From Geosiphon pyriformis uo1 (lineage: Eukaryota > Fungi > Glomeromycota), in contig JAAOMT010000479.1 of NCBI GenBank assembly GCA_016748015.1, positions 399,824-463,823 on the forward strand: a DNA stretch of 64,000 nt, read 5' to 3'. The notes beneath the pieces were generated by a model. It made no database searches and was not told where the DNA came from. It worked only from the letters and a program-made list of their open reading frames with translations. The position numbers and the translations under genes are program-made. Each line of letters opens with the position of its first letter. The stretch's first letter is position 1. Positions 49,165 to 62,000 of the stretch are shown one piece after another.

Positions 49165-52100
49165 TAAAAGTAGTGCTCCCTGTAAGGTTGTCAAAATTTA
49201 CTTATTTTTTTATTGTATAAGTAATTATTTATATTTGCCACAACAATCAAAAAACACTTTACAATACACAACAGAAACAACCTAAATTTTATTACACTCA
49301 ATTCTCTGTTCTCTTGTTTGATCTGCTTTTCTTTTAAAAAACATTTTAGTAGACAATTTCAAAACTTTTAAAACTAGTTCCTGAATAAACATTTAGCTAA
49401 AACTTATATAGCTTATACAATCTATTTTTTTGATCAAGTTTATTTTGAAGAAACTCCTAAAGAAAAAAACAACAACATTAATTAGCTTTTATACTCAATA
49501 ATTTTTGAACAACAGTCTCCTAATTTCGAATATCTAAATTATCAAATTCATATTTGGCTTACTGTCTATTAACTAGCTAAAATCTCTTTTAAAACAGAAG
49601 AAAAAAGCTATTAAACTGCTTTTGTTTTTGATTTTTTTTCAAGTAAATCAAATTATTCTATTCAAACAGCTATTTTTGAACTAATAGCTGTTGATTCTAT
49701 ACAAGCAAACATTCTGGCCACTTTTTAAAATATACAAACTGCTCTAAAGTAAAAAAACAATACTTTATTACTATTATTCAGAAACAATACACAAGATCTA
49801 ATTAAATAGTTAGATGACTTTAAAAAAGCTGTTATAATTAACCAATATGATAATAAATACAAATTCCAAATTATTGATGACTACTTTCAAGGCTTTTTTG
49901 TTACTTGGTTCTCACAAAAAACCATTGTCAATGTCCAGCAAAGAATCATTAGATAGACATTAGCAAATACTAGAAAAGACAACACTTTTTTTACTATCTG
50001 GTTTAAAAACAAATTCAAAACCCCAATCTTAATATTCAAATAACATATAGAATTAGAAAAAAAAACTCAAAATTTTAGTAAAATTATAACCAAATATGCC
50101 AAAGCAATCAGAAAACTTATTAAATAAATAAACTTTAAAAGAAACTGGACAGAAAAACAAAAGATTGAAAACTGGGTTTTTATATGCTTTTTGGTCTCTT
50201 TTGACTTTAAAAAATAATCTCACTATAGATATAACTATTGAACTTGTCCAAAAAATCGAAGATAACCAAAAGATATATTTGGAATTCACATTTCCAATTT
50301 TTGTTTTTGCTTCTGTTTCTTAAATAGCTGCTACTTTTTTTGTTGCCCAAACTTCAGATTCTAATAAACAATTGATAGATAGACTCACAGCCAATCTTGT
50401 TCAGCTATTAGAGTCTTTAGTTTAAGCAGTTAGAGAAAATCAACAATCTTAAAAACTTAAATTTAAATCTAGTTTTAATTAGCTCCAGTAGTTTTTTTAT
50501 TAAAAACAGCAAAATTATGGTTCACCTATATACTATCATTATAGATTAACTGAACATTTTTTCAGAAATTACAACAATTTTTTATTGTCTTCTCTAGTTT
50601 TTAAAAACAATAATACTCAGAACAACAGATCTAACAATAATAATACCCCTAATTAAAGACTTAATTATGCCAACATCAATTTTTTTGAAAAAAATTCTTT
50701 GGTTTAAACTACTGTTTATTAGTTTTTAAAATATTAAGCACATCTTCAAAGGGTAAAAGTCCAAGCCAACCAAAAAAAAATTTTTTTTATACTTTTAACT
50801 TAACTAATAATGATCATAATATAGATGAATTAACAATTAATTCCTTTGATTTAACAAAAAAAAAAAGAAAGCCAAGATTAATTTCGCTCTGAATCCCAAT
50901 AAAGCTTTTACATTAACTGCTAATAACAATAAACACCAAAAACTAAAGTTTTTAAGAATTTCCCAAAGTTAGAATCTTCAGAGATAGTACAAAAATCTGG
51001 TTCCTATTCTATTGTTAAAAATCTTATAGAACTTTAACATATATAATCTTTGGCCAATTAATAACTTATTTACAGTTTAAAAAAAAGTTTTACAAATCTC
51101 TGATCCCAAAAAAAAAGACACCAAAAACTAACAAGCACTCTTATCAAGCTGGACTTGCTAATAATAGCAATATTACTCTTCTAATTTGTAAAATCCAAGT
51201 GGCTAGTTATTTTATTGACTTAATCCTAAATAGTAAATTATTTGTAAGTGTTATTGCCAAACATTTTTTGAAAGTCATTGATAAAAAAATTGATGAACTT
51301 TCAACTAGACTAATAACCAATATGCATAATAACAAAAAAAAAAACTTGGTATAATTAAAGCTATTCTTATTTACATTAATAATATCAGCATTAAAACTGA
51401 CATAGAGATTTCTAAAGCTAAAAAATACACTATTATTATTGACAATAAATGGTTTAAAAAAACAAAAGTTTTATTTGATTATGAACTTTGTAAGCTAACT
51501 ATTAGATGTGGTAAAAAGCTTATTGTAATTAAGTATTATTATTAGACAACTCTTTCAGTAACCAAGCAAAGTTCAGAAGAAGAACAATTAAACAAATTAG
51601 ATAATAAAAAAAGCAAACAAAAAGAAACTGTTAAACTTACTTATACTATCTTTATTAGCAATAACAAGCTATTGAACAATGTTAAAGCTAACAAAAAAAA
51701 ATTATTGTAAATAATAAGCTAATCTGTTGGTTTTATTATAACATACTTAGAAGAACTTTTAACAAAAAGCCAAATACAGTTATTAATAACATGATATTTA
51801 TGTTTAATGCTAATACAATAAACTATTGTATTTTTCTAGTAATAAATACATATTTTGCCTGATCTATTACAAAAATTGAAAATCTATTAGCCTAATATTC
51901 AGAAAAAAAATAAAAAAAATACAAAAGTTTTTTGAAAATAAATTATCTAAGATTCAATTACCAATAATAGAACACAAAAAACCCTTTCCTGAAGAAAAAA
52001 AGATGAATATTGAAAACCTATTGATTAAAAACAGCCTAGTTATATTAAAAAAAGTAATACTTCTGGATATATTTATGTAATACAACATACCATCATTACC

Positions 52101-54749
52101 AAAAAAACTTGCTTTATTTACTTGAAGCCTTATTAGTTCAATTAACACAATAATGAGTTTATCAAGAAAGAAATAAACCAAAAGTAAATAGGTTTTTTAG
52201 TTGTAATAATATTCAAAAAAAGTAGAACTCTACATTTTTGTGTTAATTACTACCAATTAAATGCCATTACTGAAAAAACATGTATTTACTTCCCAAGATT
52301 AATGTAATACTAAACAAATTCAATAGTGCTGCTTTCTTTTTAACTATTAACTTAACTGCTAAATTTTGGCAAATAAAAATAGATCCAGAAAGCAAAAAAA
52401 AACTGCTTTTATTACCAAGTATAAAATTTATAAATTTACAATTATGTTTTTTAGTCTTATTAATGCTCTTCCTACTTTTTAATGCTTGATAAACAAAGTA
52501 TTCAAATTAGTCAAAAAAAATCTTGTTTTAGTTTACTTGAATAATATAATAATATATTTAAGAATCTGGGATAAACATTTTGAACACTTGCAAAAAGTTT
52601 TTAATCTTTTTATAAATGCTGGTTTTATAATCAACTCAATCAAATCTTTTTTTGAATAATAATCTACACAGTTTTTTGGTTATCTTATCACAAAAAATAG
52701 AATTTTTTCTAATTCAGTCAAGGTTGAAAAAGTTCAGAACATTAAGCAACTAATGAATGTTTATAAATCATGTTTTTTTCTTGGTTTGGCCTTTTATTAT
52801 CAAAAATTTGTTAAAAATTTCTCCAAAATTGTCTCTTCTCTTAATCAACTACTCAAAAAAAATGTTAATTATTACTGGAGTATATATTAACAAAAAACAT
52901 TTGAAACTTTAAAAGAAAAATTGGTTACAGAACTTATTCTTATACAATCTAATCTGAATTGATCTTTTATTCTTTATACTAATATATTCAGCTATAAACT
53001 TGGTACTGTTTTCTTATAAAAAGATAAAAAAAGCAAAAAATATGCTATAGTATATATAAGTAAAATATTTTTACTAACAAAACAAAACTATTTAATTATT
53101 GAACAGAAATGCTTAACAGTAGTTTGGGCTATTAATTACTGAGATAAATATCTTCTTAGTGTGAATTTTTGGTGGTAATAAATCACTAAGCTTTGGTTTG
53201 ACTATATAACAAAAGAAAGCTAGAACATTATTGAATAATTTGCTAAATATTTTACTTGGATAAATTTGATTATAATATTTAATATTACAAAAAAACAAAT
53301 TATTAAAATGTTAATGCTTTTTTCAGACTTATTATCCAGTAATAGTACAATCTTTACAAACCAAATTAATCTAATTATTAGTAACTTTTCTTTAAACAAA
53401 CACAATAATAGACTTGAACAACTACTCTGCACTAATAAAATTTTGGGATAAAAAACAATATTTACGAAAATACAATCAATAACAAAGAAAACATTTACAC
53501 AAACAATCAAATTTTTATTTAATTTGCCAGAACTAATCATATAAAAAACAGAAAAAATCTTGACTGTTTTTAAAAAGTTATCAAATTTGAAAAAAAAGAA
53601 ATTGTAATTTACAGCATATATATTAATTTATTAGCTAAACACTTTGAAAAAACAAAAACAATTCAAAAAACTTTAACTTATTATTATTGGCCTACTTTGG
53701 GAAAAAACATTGCTGAATACATTAAAATCTGTAATAATTGTCAAAGAAAAAGAAAACTCAATTGCAAAGAAGATATTCATCCAATTTCTGTTAGTCAACT
53801 ATTTAACAGAATTGGTATAAATGTTGTTAAATCTTTAATAATAACTTCTAATAGCAACAGATATATTATTACAACTACTAACTATCTTATAAAGTAGGTA
53901 AAAACAAGAGCTATTTTAAATTAAACAGCAGTTTTTATGGTAAATTTTATTTATAAAAATATAATTTGTTATTATGGCTGCTTCAAAAAACTTTTATTTG
54001 ATAAAAGAAAAGTTTTTCTTAATATATTAATAGAAAAATTTTGTAAAAAAATGGAAATATATTATAAACTTTTTTTTTATCATCTTTAAACAAATAGTCT
54101 AGTGGAATGTTTTAACAAAACACTATTTAAAACCTTAACCAAAACCAGTAAAAAAACAAATTTATAGGACAAAGTACTGTCTTCAGTTTTGTTTGTTTAT
54201 AGAATTGTAAATTATAACATAACAGATTATGAATTTTTTTATCTGTTTTATAAATAAATAACAACTTTATTAATAAAAACTAACATTGAAACAATACTTT
54301 TTAAGAAAATAACAATAGAGAATTACAAAAACATTTTGCAAAAAATTTGGTATTATTTTTGACTTCTTGGTAAAAACACAAATAATTGTCTTTGAAAAGA
54401 TAAAACAGTTTCAAGAAAAGCTTAAAAAAAAAAAACCTATAAAACACTTTTCTTAAGTATTAATAACTTAGTTTTAGAATATTATTCAAACAGAAACAAT
54501 GTCTATAATAATAAGTTTTTTAGCCAGTAAAAAAAACTTTTTATAGTCAACAAAGTTTTGAACAATAGTTTATATATCCTACAAAATTAATATGAAACAA
54601 TCTTCAATAATTATCTTGTTTATAATATGTAACTCAAAAAATATCACAAACAATCTGATTGATTATTTGTTATAGTAATACTGGCCCAAATAATCAACAA
54701 AAATTAAATATAAATAAATACACTATTTCCAAAACAGAAATATCTTCAA

Positions 54750-55370
54750 TTAACATAAACAATTATTTACTGGATCAAATCATTCAAAATGCTTTTTATA
54801 CTTTCCATAAGTATTGGATTAAAAATTATCTAAATGCTATTCTAATTATTAAAAAACAAACCATTATAATTAATGACAGTAGAACACATACTGTTATTAG
54901 ACCAAAAAAAACAACTTCTAAAAAAAAAAAATTGGTAGAAAAATAGATAAATATTTGCTGGAAAGTATAACATTAGTAATACTTTTATTTTTTATTATAA
55001 TTGAAAAAACAATACCAAAAATTTTGCTTATAGACAAAAACTTGTTATATAAAAGACAAATAAAGCTCTATAATTATTTTAGTAAAATTATAAAAGATAT
55101 AAAGCTTTTAAAGAAAACAACTTCAGAAATACATATGGAAATTTTAGACATTATATAATTAGATGTGTCAAGAGTTTTAATTATTGCTAAAAAAACCAGA
55201 ACTCTTATACAAAGATTTGGTCTTTTAAATACAAAACTTATTTTACTTCAGATATTATATAACTTATTCACAAAAAACTTTACTAAACTAGTTATTTTCG
55301 AATTAAACAAAACTTTTCAATTAGATTATCTTATAAATAGCTTGATTTTATTAAAGCTCAATTTCTTTGA
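54750..55370 (+). pseudogene. Accessory ORF3 of element D
   Basis: YLLDQIIQ...AILIIKKQTII aligns with the C ORF3 start MDLLDQILK...IEIIINKKKI; same position between IN and PPT. Confidence 0.55.
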
Positions 55371-55379
55371 AGAAAATAA

Positions 55380-55997
55380 TATTATGGTTGAAACTCATAG
55401 TTTTTATTAGTTATTATATATATTAGCCGCTAATATTATATAATTAGCCATCCTATTTTTAAATAGTAATTATTAATTTGATCAATAAATTAACTATTAA
55501 TCTAATTATTAATCTGATTATTAATCTGATCAAGAATAAATAAAATAACAACTATTATCTTAATTCTTTTTTTATTGCTTATTTCTCTTTCCTTATCTTT
55601 AAGTATTCGAATATCTTAAGATAAAAGATTACTTGTTGGCATTTATTTACTCTTTTTCTTACTTATATAATTGTAGTATTTAAAGATTATTAAATAAACA
55701 TGATTAAAAAATACATTTAATATCTGATATCAAATTCTAAGAGCACCAACATAAAGCATAGAATTATACTAGTGTGTTATTATTTGTTGACAGTACAAAT
55801 TATTTTTCTACTTTCAGATTTTTCAGTTATCCTTTGAAAAGAATAGCAACTAAAATATTTTATAAGACTGATTTTACATATTGAATCTATATTCATTCAA
55901 TTCATTTCTTGAAGTTGAATCCTTTTTGATTAATTCTATTATTCTACAATTCTGTTTTCTTTTGTTATCTATTAACTTGTTACTTTAATTCATAATA
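55380..55997 (+). repeat. 3' LTR of D
   Basis: Direct repeat of 48486-49164 with a deletion in the repeat-array region. Confidence 0.9.
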
Positions 55998-56514
55998 ATA
56001 ATATATTATATTTGTTTTGTAATAACATAAAATTTTTTGATTACTTTTTTTTTGTGTAATAAACTTTGTTATTTATAAAGCTGTATTAAATTCTCAAGCA
56101 ATTGTATAAGAATTTTTTTTGGTTTGTATAGAATTTTTTTTGGTATAAAGTTTATATTTTAAATTTTTTAAAATTTTTTTTGTTAATTTTTATTTTTTAT
56201 TTTTAAGATTGCAAGATTTTTTGTGTTATTTATTTTTGCTTTTATTTTGCTATTATAATTTTGGATAATATTTTTTTAAATGTTTTCTAATAAAATTAGA
56301 AATGTTTTAAGTATTTTTAATCAAGTTGTAAATATTAATTAAAGTTTATTAATTTATAAAAATATGCTTTTATATATTTTAATTTTTTAAAACTATTAAA
56401 ACTGTTTTTGTTTGTTATTTAGTTTTAATAATTAAAAATGATATTAAAATATTTTTTTGTTAATTAAAAATTATTGTTTTTAATAATATGTTTAAGACTT
56501 AATTAATCAATTTT

Positions 56515-57060
56515 TTTGGCTATAGGTAATTTTAAGATCAATCTATTTTCTGTTTAATAAGATACTAAAAAGAGGTAGGAGAAATTTGATTTTTTTATTT
56601 ATTTCAAAATCAAAAAAACCAAAAAGAAAGTTAAAAACTACAACAAGAGTCATTTTTCTAGTCTTAAAAATAATAGCAGTTAAACTAAGAAGAAAACTAT
56701 TATCAATATTAATCATAAAACTACTGTATCTATTATTATTAAAATTATCATCTAATATTTAAAAACATATTGTCATTAGAGCCAGACTTAACCAAAAAGA
56801 TGTCTTTTTTATTATTAGAGTGTTTGACATTACCAAAAATAATTTTCTTTTTTTAAAAGAAAAAATCACTAATAGGACTATAAAATATCTTTTTAGATAC
56901 TTTTTTTTTAGACATATTACCACCCAAAGTAGCTTTTAAGTTTACAATAAAAAAGTTATTAAGTTGAAAAATATTAAAAGAAACAACAAAAAAAACAAAA
57001 AACTTCTTTATTAAAATTATGTTCTTTAAAAAATTTGAGATATAGAAAAGAAAGAAGTCA
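56515..57060 (-). mobile_element. Probable 5' end / ORF1 N-terminus fragment of another LINE subfamily
   Basis: Minus strand reads NLKATLGGNMSKKKVSKK..., resembling the (D/N)x(K/E)AT..M-KK starts of LINE 1 and LINE 2 ORF1. Confidence 0.45.
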
Positions 57061-57099
57061 ACTTTGTAAATTTTTTTAATAATATGTAATTATTTTGTT

Positions 57100-59029
57100 A
57101 TAAAAATCAACTTTTTTACAAAAAATCTTAATTGTAAGCTACTTAATAATCTAAAAAAAAAGAAAAAAAATTAAAATATATAAAAATATAAAAAAAAAGA
57201 TTTTAATTCAAGTTTAAAATTAATTAAGTAATTATTAAAATTAATTATTAATTAATTTCAAAATATTAGTTAAAATTATAAGTTTTAAAATAATAATAAT
57301 TATAAAAAAATTTATAAATATTTTTTTTTAAAAAAAAACTTTTTTTTATATATTTTGGCAAACTACAAATTATTTTTATAAATTATTAAATATTTCGATA
57401 ATTTCTTAAATTTTTGTTAAAATTTTAAATATTTTGGTGAATTTTTAAATATTATTACAGATAATTTCTAATATTATATATAATTTTGTAATTTAGTTTT
57501 TTAAATAATAGACAAAAATTTATTGATAATAAACAATACTCAGTATTTAACTTTTTTAATATAATATCTTTTTAATAAATATTTCTAGTTCTTTAATTAT
57601 TTTTTATATTATTTTTTGCATTTTTTACTAAATAATTTTTGATATTATAAATTTAATATTTTTTTAATTAATTAATAATTTATAAATACAGCAAAATAAC
57701 AAAAATAAAATAAAATAAAAAAATTAATATTTTATTAATAGTTATAATTAAGAGTTATTGTTTTAATATAATTATATTTTTTTAATTGATAAAATTAATA
57801 TTTATGTTTTAAATTATATTAAAAATAAATAGTAAATAGATTTACAACAAGTATATTAGTTATATATAACTTAAATTAAATATTAATAATTAGAATATCT
57901 TAGAAATAAACTAAAATTTTTAATAATATTAAAACTTATTATAATATTTTTTATTATTATTAATAAATTAATACTTAAATTATAATTTTTTTTAAAGTTT
58001 TTATTATTTTTGAATTAATTTATAATAATAGTTTAATATAAATAAAAGTTATTTTTTTTTTATATTAAAATTAATTATATTTAAAAAAACACTATTTTGT
58101 TTATTAGTATTTTTTTTTATTTTAAATATATTTATTTAAAAATTAAGAAAATTTTTACTTTTATTACTTGTTTTATATATATTATTAATTGTTAAAAAAT
58201 TTATCATATTTTTTATTAAATTTGTTTTTATATTTACAAAGTATTTAAAATAAATACTATTTTAAGATAACTTTATTTTTAAACTTGTTTTATTATTTAA
58301 ATGCTTAATATTTTTAAAAAACACTTTTAATTTTTGTATTAAATTATTATTAATAAAGCTAAAAGTAATAATTCTAATTAATTTTTTTTTTATAATATTA
58401 TTTGTAATAATTATTAAATTTAGATCAAAAAAATTTATATTATATAAAATAATAATAAATATTACAAAAAAAACGAAAAATTTTTTTATAAAAATTATTT
58501 TTTTTGAAAATCTTTGAATATTATAAAAAAATTATTAAATAGTAAATTTTATAACTTAATATTAAGATAATATTAATAATTTGAAAGTTTTAAATATATC
58601 TAAAGATTTTAATAATTGAGTTTTTTATATAATGACAAAAATTAATTAATAACTAATAATATTTAATATTATTACTTATAGAATAAAACAAAAAAGATAT
58701 AATAGAAAGATATAATATAAATAGCCAATAATAAAATATAAAATTATCAAAATATATAATATTAAAAATTTTAAAAATCCCAAAAATTTTAGTAATAATT
58801 TAAAGAAATTATAAAAATATTAATTTTTATTTTATTTTATTTTATTTTATTTGTTTTGTTTATATTTACTAATTAATTAAAAAAAACATTAAAATTATGA
58901 TATTAAAAATTGGTTAGTAAAAAACACCAAAAAGATTGCTTATTAAAAAAATAAAAAACATTAAAATAGATTAAAAAAGTTAAATATTAAATATTATCTG
59001 CTATTATATTAAATTTTTAAATATTATAC
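57100..59029. other. Near-pure AT desert (also 38220-39050 and 45850-46250); probably terminally eroded repeats
   Basis: Almost no G or C; no periodic satellite unit visible. Confidence 0.6.
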
Positions 59030-62000
59030 TTTTTTTTTTTATTTTAACGAGTGAGGTCCAAATGCGACCTAGTGCTATACATCATACAAATGATCTAAAC
59101 TAGGTGCGAATCATGCACTTTCTACACATGACCAGCCACTTGGGCCAGTCAGGACTACACTATACACCTATATGCACAGAAACTGGATCTCCAATATCTG
59201 AAAAAAATGGACAAAACTTACGAAACCCGAAACCAACTCCAAAAGCCTCAGCCACCCTCAGCAATTTGACCACACTAGCCAAAAACACCATAGGCAAACC
59301 AGAAACTGAAGCAGGAGTGGAGCCATCACATGGAATCAAACCGTGTCTTTCCATAAATGCTCGGTGTCTGGCCCGGACCAACCAAACATCATTCCGAAAT
59401 GCTAGACAAAACTCACGCACAAAGCTCACAATCCTCCTAGCACCCTCCTTAGAATCTTTAAAGACCAAGACAGACTCATGAAACCATTCATCGAAAACAA
59501 AGCCCTTACACAGAGCAACACCAACTCCGACCTCAGAAACACAAGAAGCCAAGGTCTATAAGACACATGAAGAAGAGCGAGAAAGACCAGAAAGAGTCTC
59601 CCAAGCTGAAGCATGTGCGCCCAACAAATGAGCACAGTCAACGGCATCCTGAGGACATGAAAAGACATGATCCGAGATTTCAACGTCACCACAAAACAGA
59701 CAGATTACACTGAGGTATCTCCTATTATATAAACACTTGTGCACAGCAATAGGAAGCCGATGATAGAGAGTCTTCATAAAGTAAGTATGACAGCCTGCCG
59801 TGTGCATGCTGGTAAAACTGGATGCCAAGTGAAAATCAGGGTGCCACACCATAGAAGACTTAGACCAATTGATATCAGCATGTAAACTATCATCCACAAC
59901 ATGAGAACCAACTCCAATCTCCCAACGAGCTCAATGAACTGACCGGAAAACATCACGAACAAAGTGTCTAGAGTTACCAGAAACTGCTATACCACCAGCA
60001 CATAGAAAATGTTCACTGACTAAATGAGGTAGGCGCCAAGCAGAGAGAGCAGCGCCTTTGGCAAACGTATCAGCATGCTTGTTGCCTGAGATATCTGAAT
60101 GATCTTTCATCTTAACCCAATTCACATCCAAATTCTTTTGATAAATGATGGTGGCAATGTGATAACACTTGATCCAACAGTGGTTCCTGAAATCCAGACA
60201 AACCAGTGAAGACTCTGACCTACATGCATCCAAAGCAGCCTGGCTATCTGAGAACAAGTCAATCAAACGAGAAAAAGGAACACACTCAAGAGCCAAAGCT
60301 ATGGCTTGCAGTTCTGTCAGAGTAGAAGAAACCAAACCAGACACCCCAACACCCAAATCCAAGTTAATGTCCTCAAAAAAAATGGCAGCACCTGCTCTCA
60401 TGTCAACAGTGCCCAGACCAGAAAGAGATCCATCTGTATACACAGAAAGACGGGCAGCATCAATGGTTGGCAAAGTGTCATGAATCACACCAAAATCATG
60501 AGAAAAACGAATATCAGACACAGCATGACCATCCACTAAAGAAGAACTTGAGGAGAGAGGCACAACGCTACCAAGAAAGCGAACAGAAAGATTAAACCAG
60601 AAAGGGACTGGGCCACGAGAGTCCAGCCTCTTCCAATGCCTGAAGGTCCCCCAACTGAAAACATTACCATTATGGTCATGAAGCTGTTCCACGAAAGCAA
60701 TTCTATAACGCCTGAGCGAAGAGACGTACTTGAAAAAACAAAATTCACCAAGAACCACAAACATAGGAGTACTGCACCGATGACGAAAAGCACAAGCTAG
60801 AGGGCCTTCTAAAGACAAATCACATCCAGAAAAAATGCGAACCACACCTGCCAAAAAATTATCCAAGGGACTGATACCAACACGAGCTGAAAACAGCAAG
60901 GAATGATGAGAACGCCAGCTGAAAACCTGGAGGTCATGAGACCTATGAGAAAACAAGCAACCCAAGACACCAGTAGAATTTGCAAAAGCAACAATGGAGG
61001 CCAATTTACTCTCAGCCTGGATCTGTTCGAAAGTTTTTAAATTGTACAAAGAGGGGTGATGAAGTGCATCACTGGGGAAATCACGTGGCAATTCAGACTT
61101 GGACTTTAAGACCTTGCATACCAAAGCATCCCATTTATTACAAACACCAACAGAAACGAAACTGAACTGAGTCCTATAGCTGATGATAGGGAAAAGAACT
61201 GCAGACACCAAATATGCACACTGTTTGTCCGAAATCGTCTTTCTCAAAACAAGATTCACAAAAAACCATACATCAGCCTGAGTTTTAGCCAAGCTAGACC
61301 TCGAAAGACCCTCAGAAGACAAAAAAATACCCAAATAGCGATGAGATTCCCCTCTCTTGGCAATGGAAATAGGTGCACCACTGATAGTTAAATGAGGATC
61401 CAGCACCCGGCAATTGATGGGGATGGCCACTGTTTTGTCATTGTTTATAGAAATATTGTTAAACCTAAAAAACTCACTAGTAATATCAAAGATGCATTGT
61501 GTAGCAGCCTGGTTGCTACCAACCCAAATAGTATCATCGACAAAAGCGCTGGCAGCAAGAAATAAAGACAGCCTAGCTTGAGAATCCACCCAGCCAGTTC
61601 TTGATATAAAATGAGAATTCAACCTGTAGCCATACACACTATCCTGTCTCTTGACCTCGCACAAAAGTGAATCATAAAAAATATGCCAGAGAAGAGGCGA
61701 GAAGACTTCTTCTTGATCCAGCCCATCGTGGACACAATACCCATCAGTCAAGCCAAAGTCAGTCATCACTCTGTTGACGTGAATACTGCCAAAAAATCTA
61801 ATAAACCTGTCACACATTTTGATCCTAACTAGACTCCTCCTAAGATGTTCCCAACCAACCAAGTCATAAGCCTTGTGCATGTCCTGTAAAACCAGCCAAA
61901 GTTTACGGTTTTTCTCCAAGGCATCTTCAACCACAGAACCGACAGCAAAAATGGGAGACTATGTCATCATATCTTTCAAAACCGAAAAATTGTCCTCACG

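Larger units (their letters stand above)
48486..55997 (+). mobile_element. Gypsy element D, full-length, heavily eroded, no evident dUTPase
   Basis: LTRs at 48486-49164 and 55380-55997, PBS at 49171-49187, eroded PPT at 55369-55379, TSD ATAG/ATAA; RT near 52200-52850, IN ICNNCQRK..RIGINVV at 53697-53897. Confidence 0.9.
46250..56500 (+). mobile_element. LINE 4 relic (ORF2 3' half), split by a solo LTR and by Gypsy D; pieces ~46250-46630, 47529-48485, 55998-~56500
   Basis: Degenerate ORF2 sequence is collinear across both insertions (e.g. KCLYNK at 48457-48475 continuing to a decayed CLFC..E..DH after 55998). Confidence 0.7.

Noticed and set aside
57100-59029. AT desert as satellite, centromere or organelle insertion
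   Set aside because: No repeat unit or organellar gene is visible, and similar tracts elsewhere grade into recognisable LINE relics; a centromeric role cannot be judged from sequence alone.
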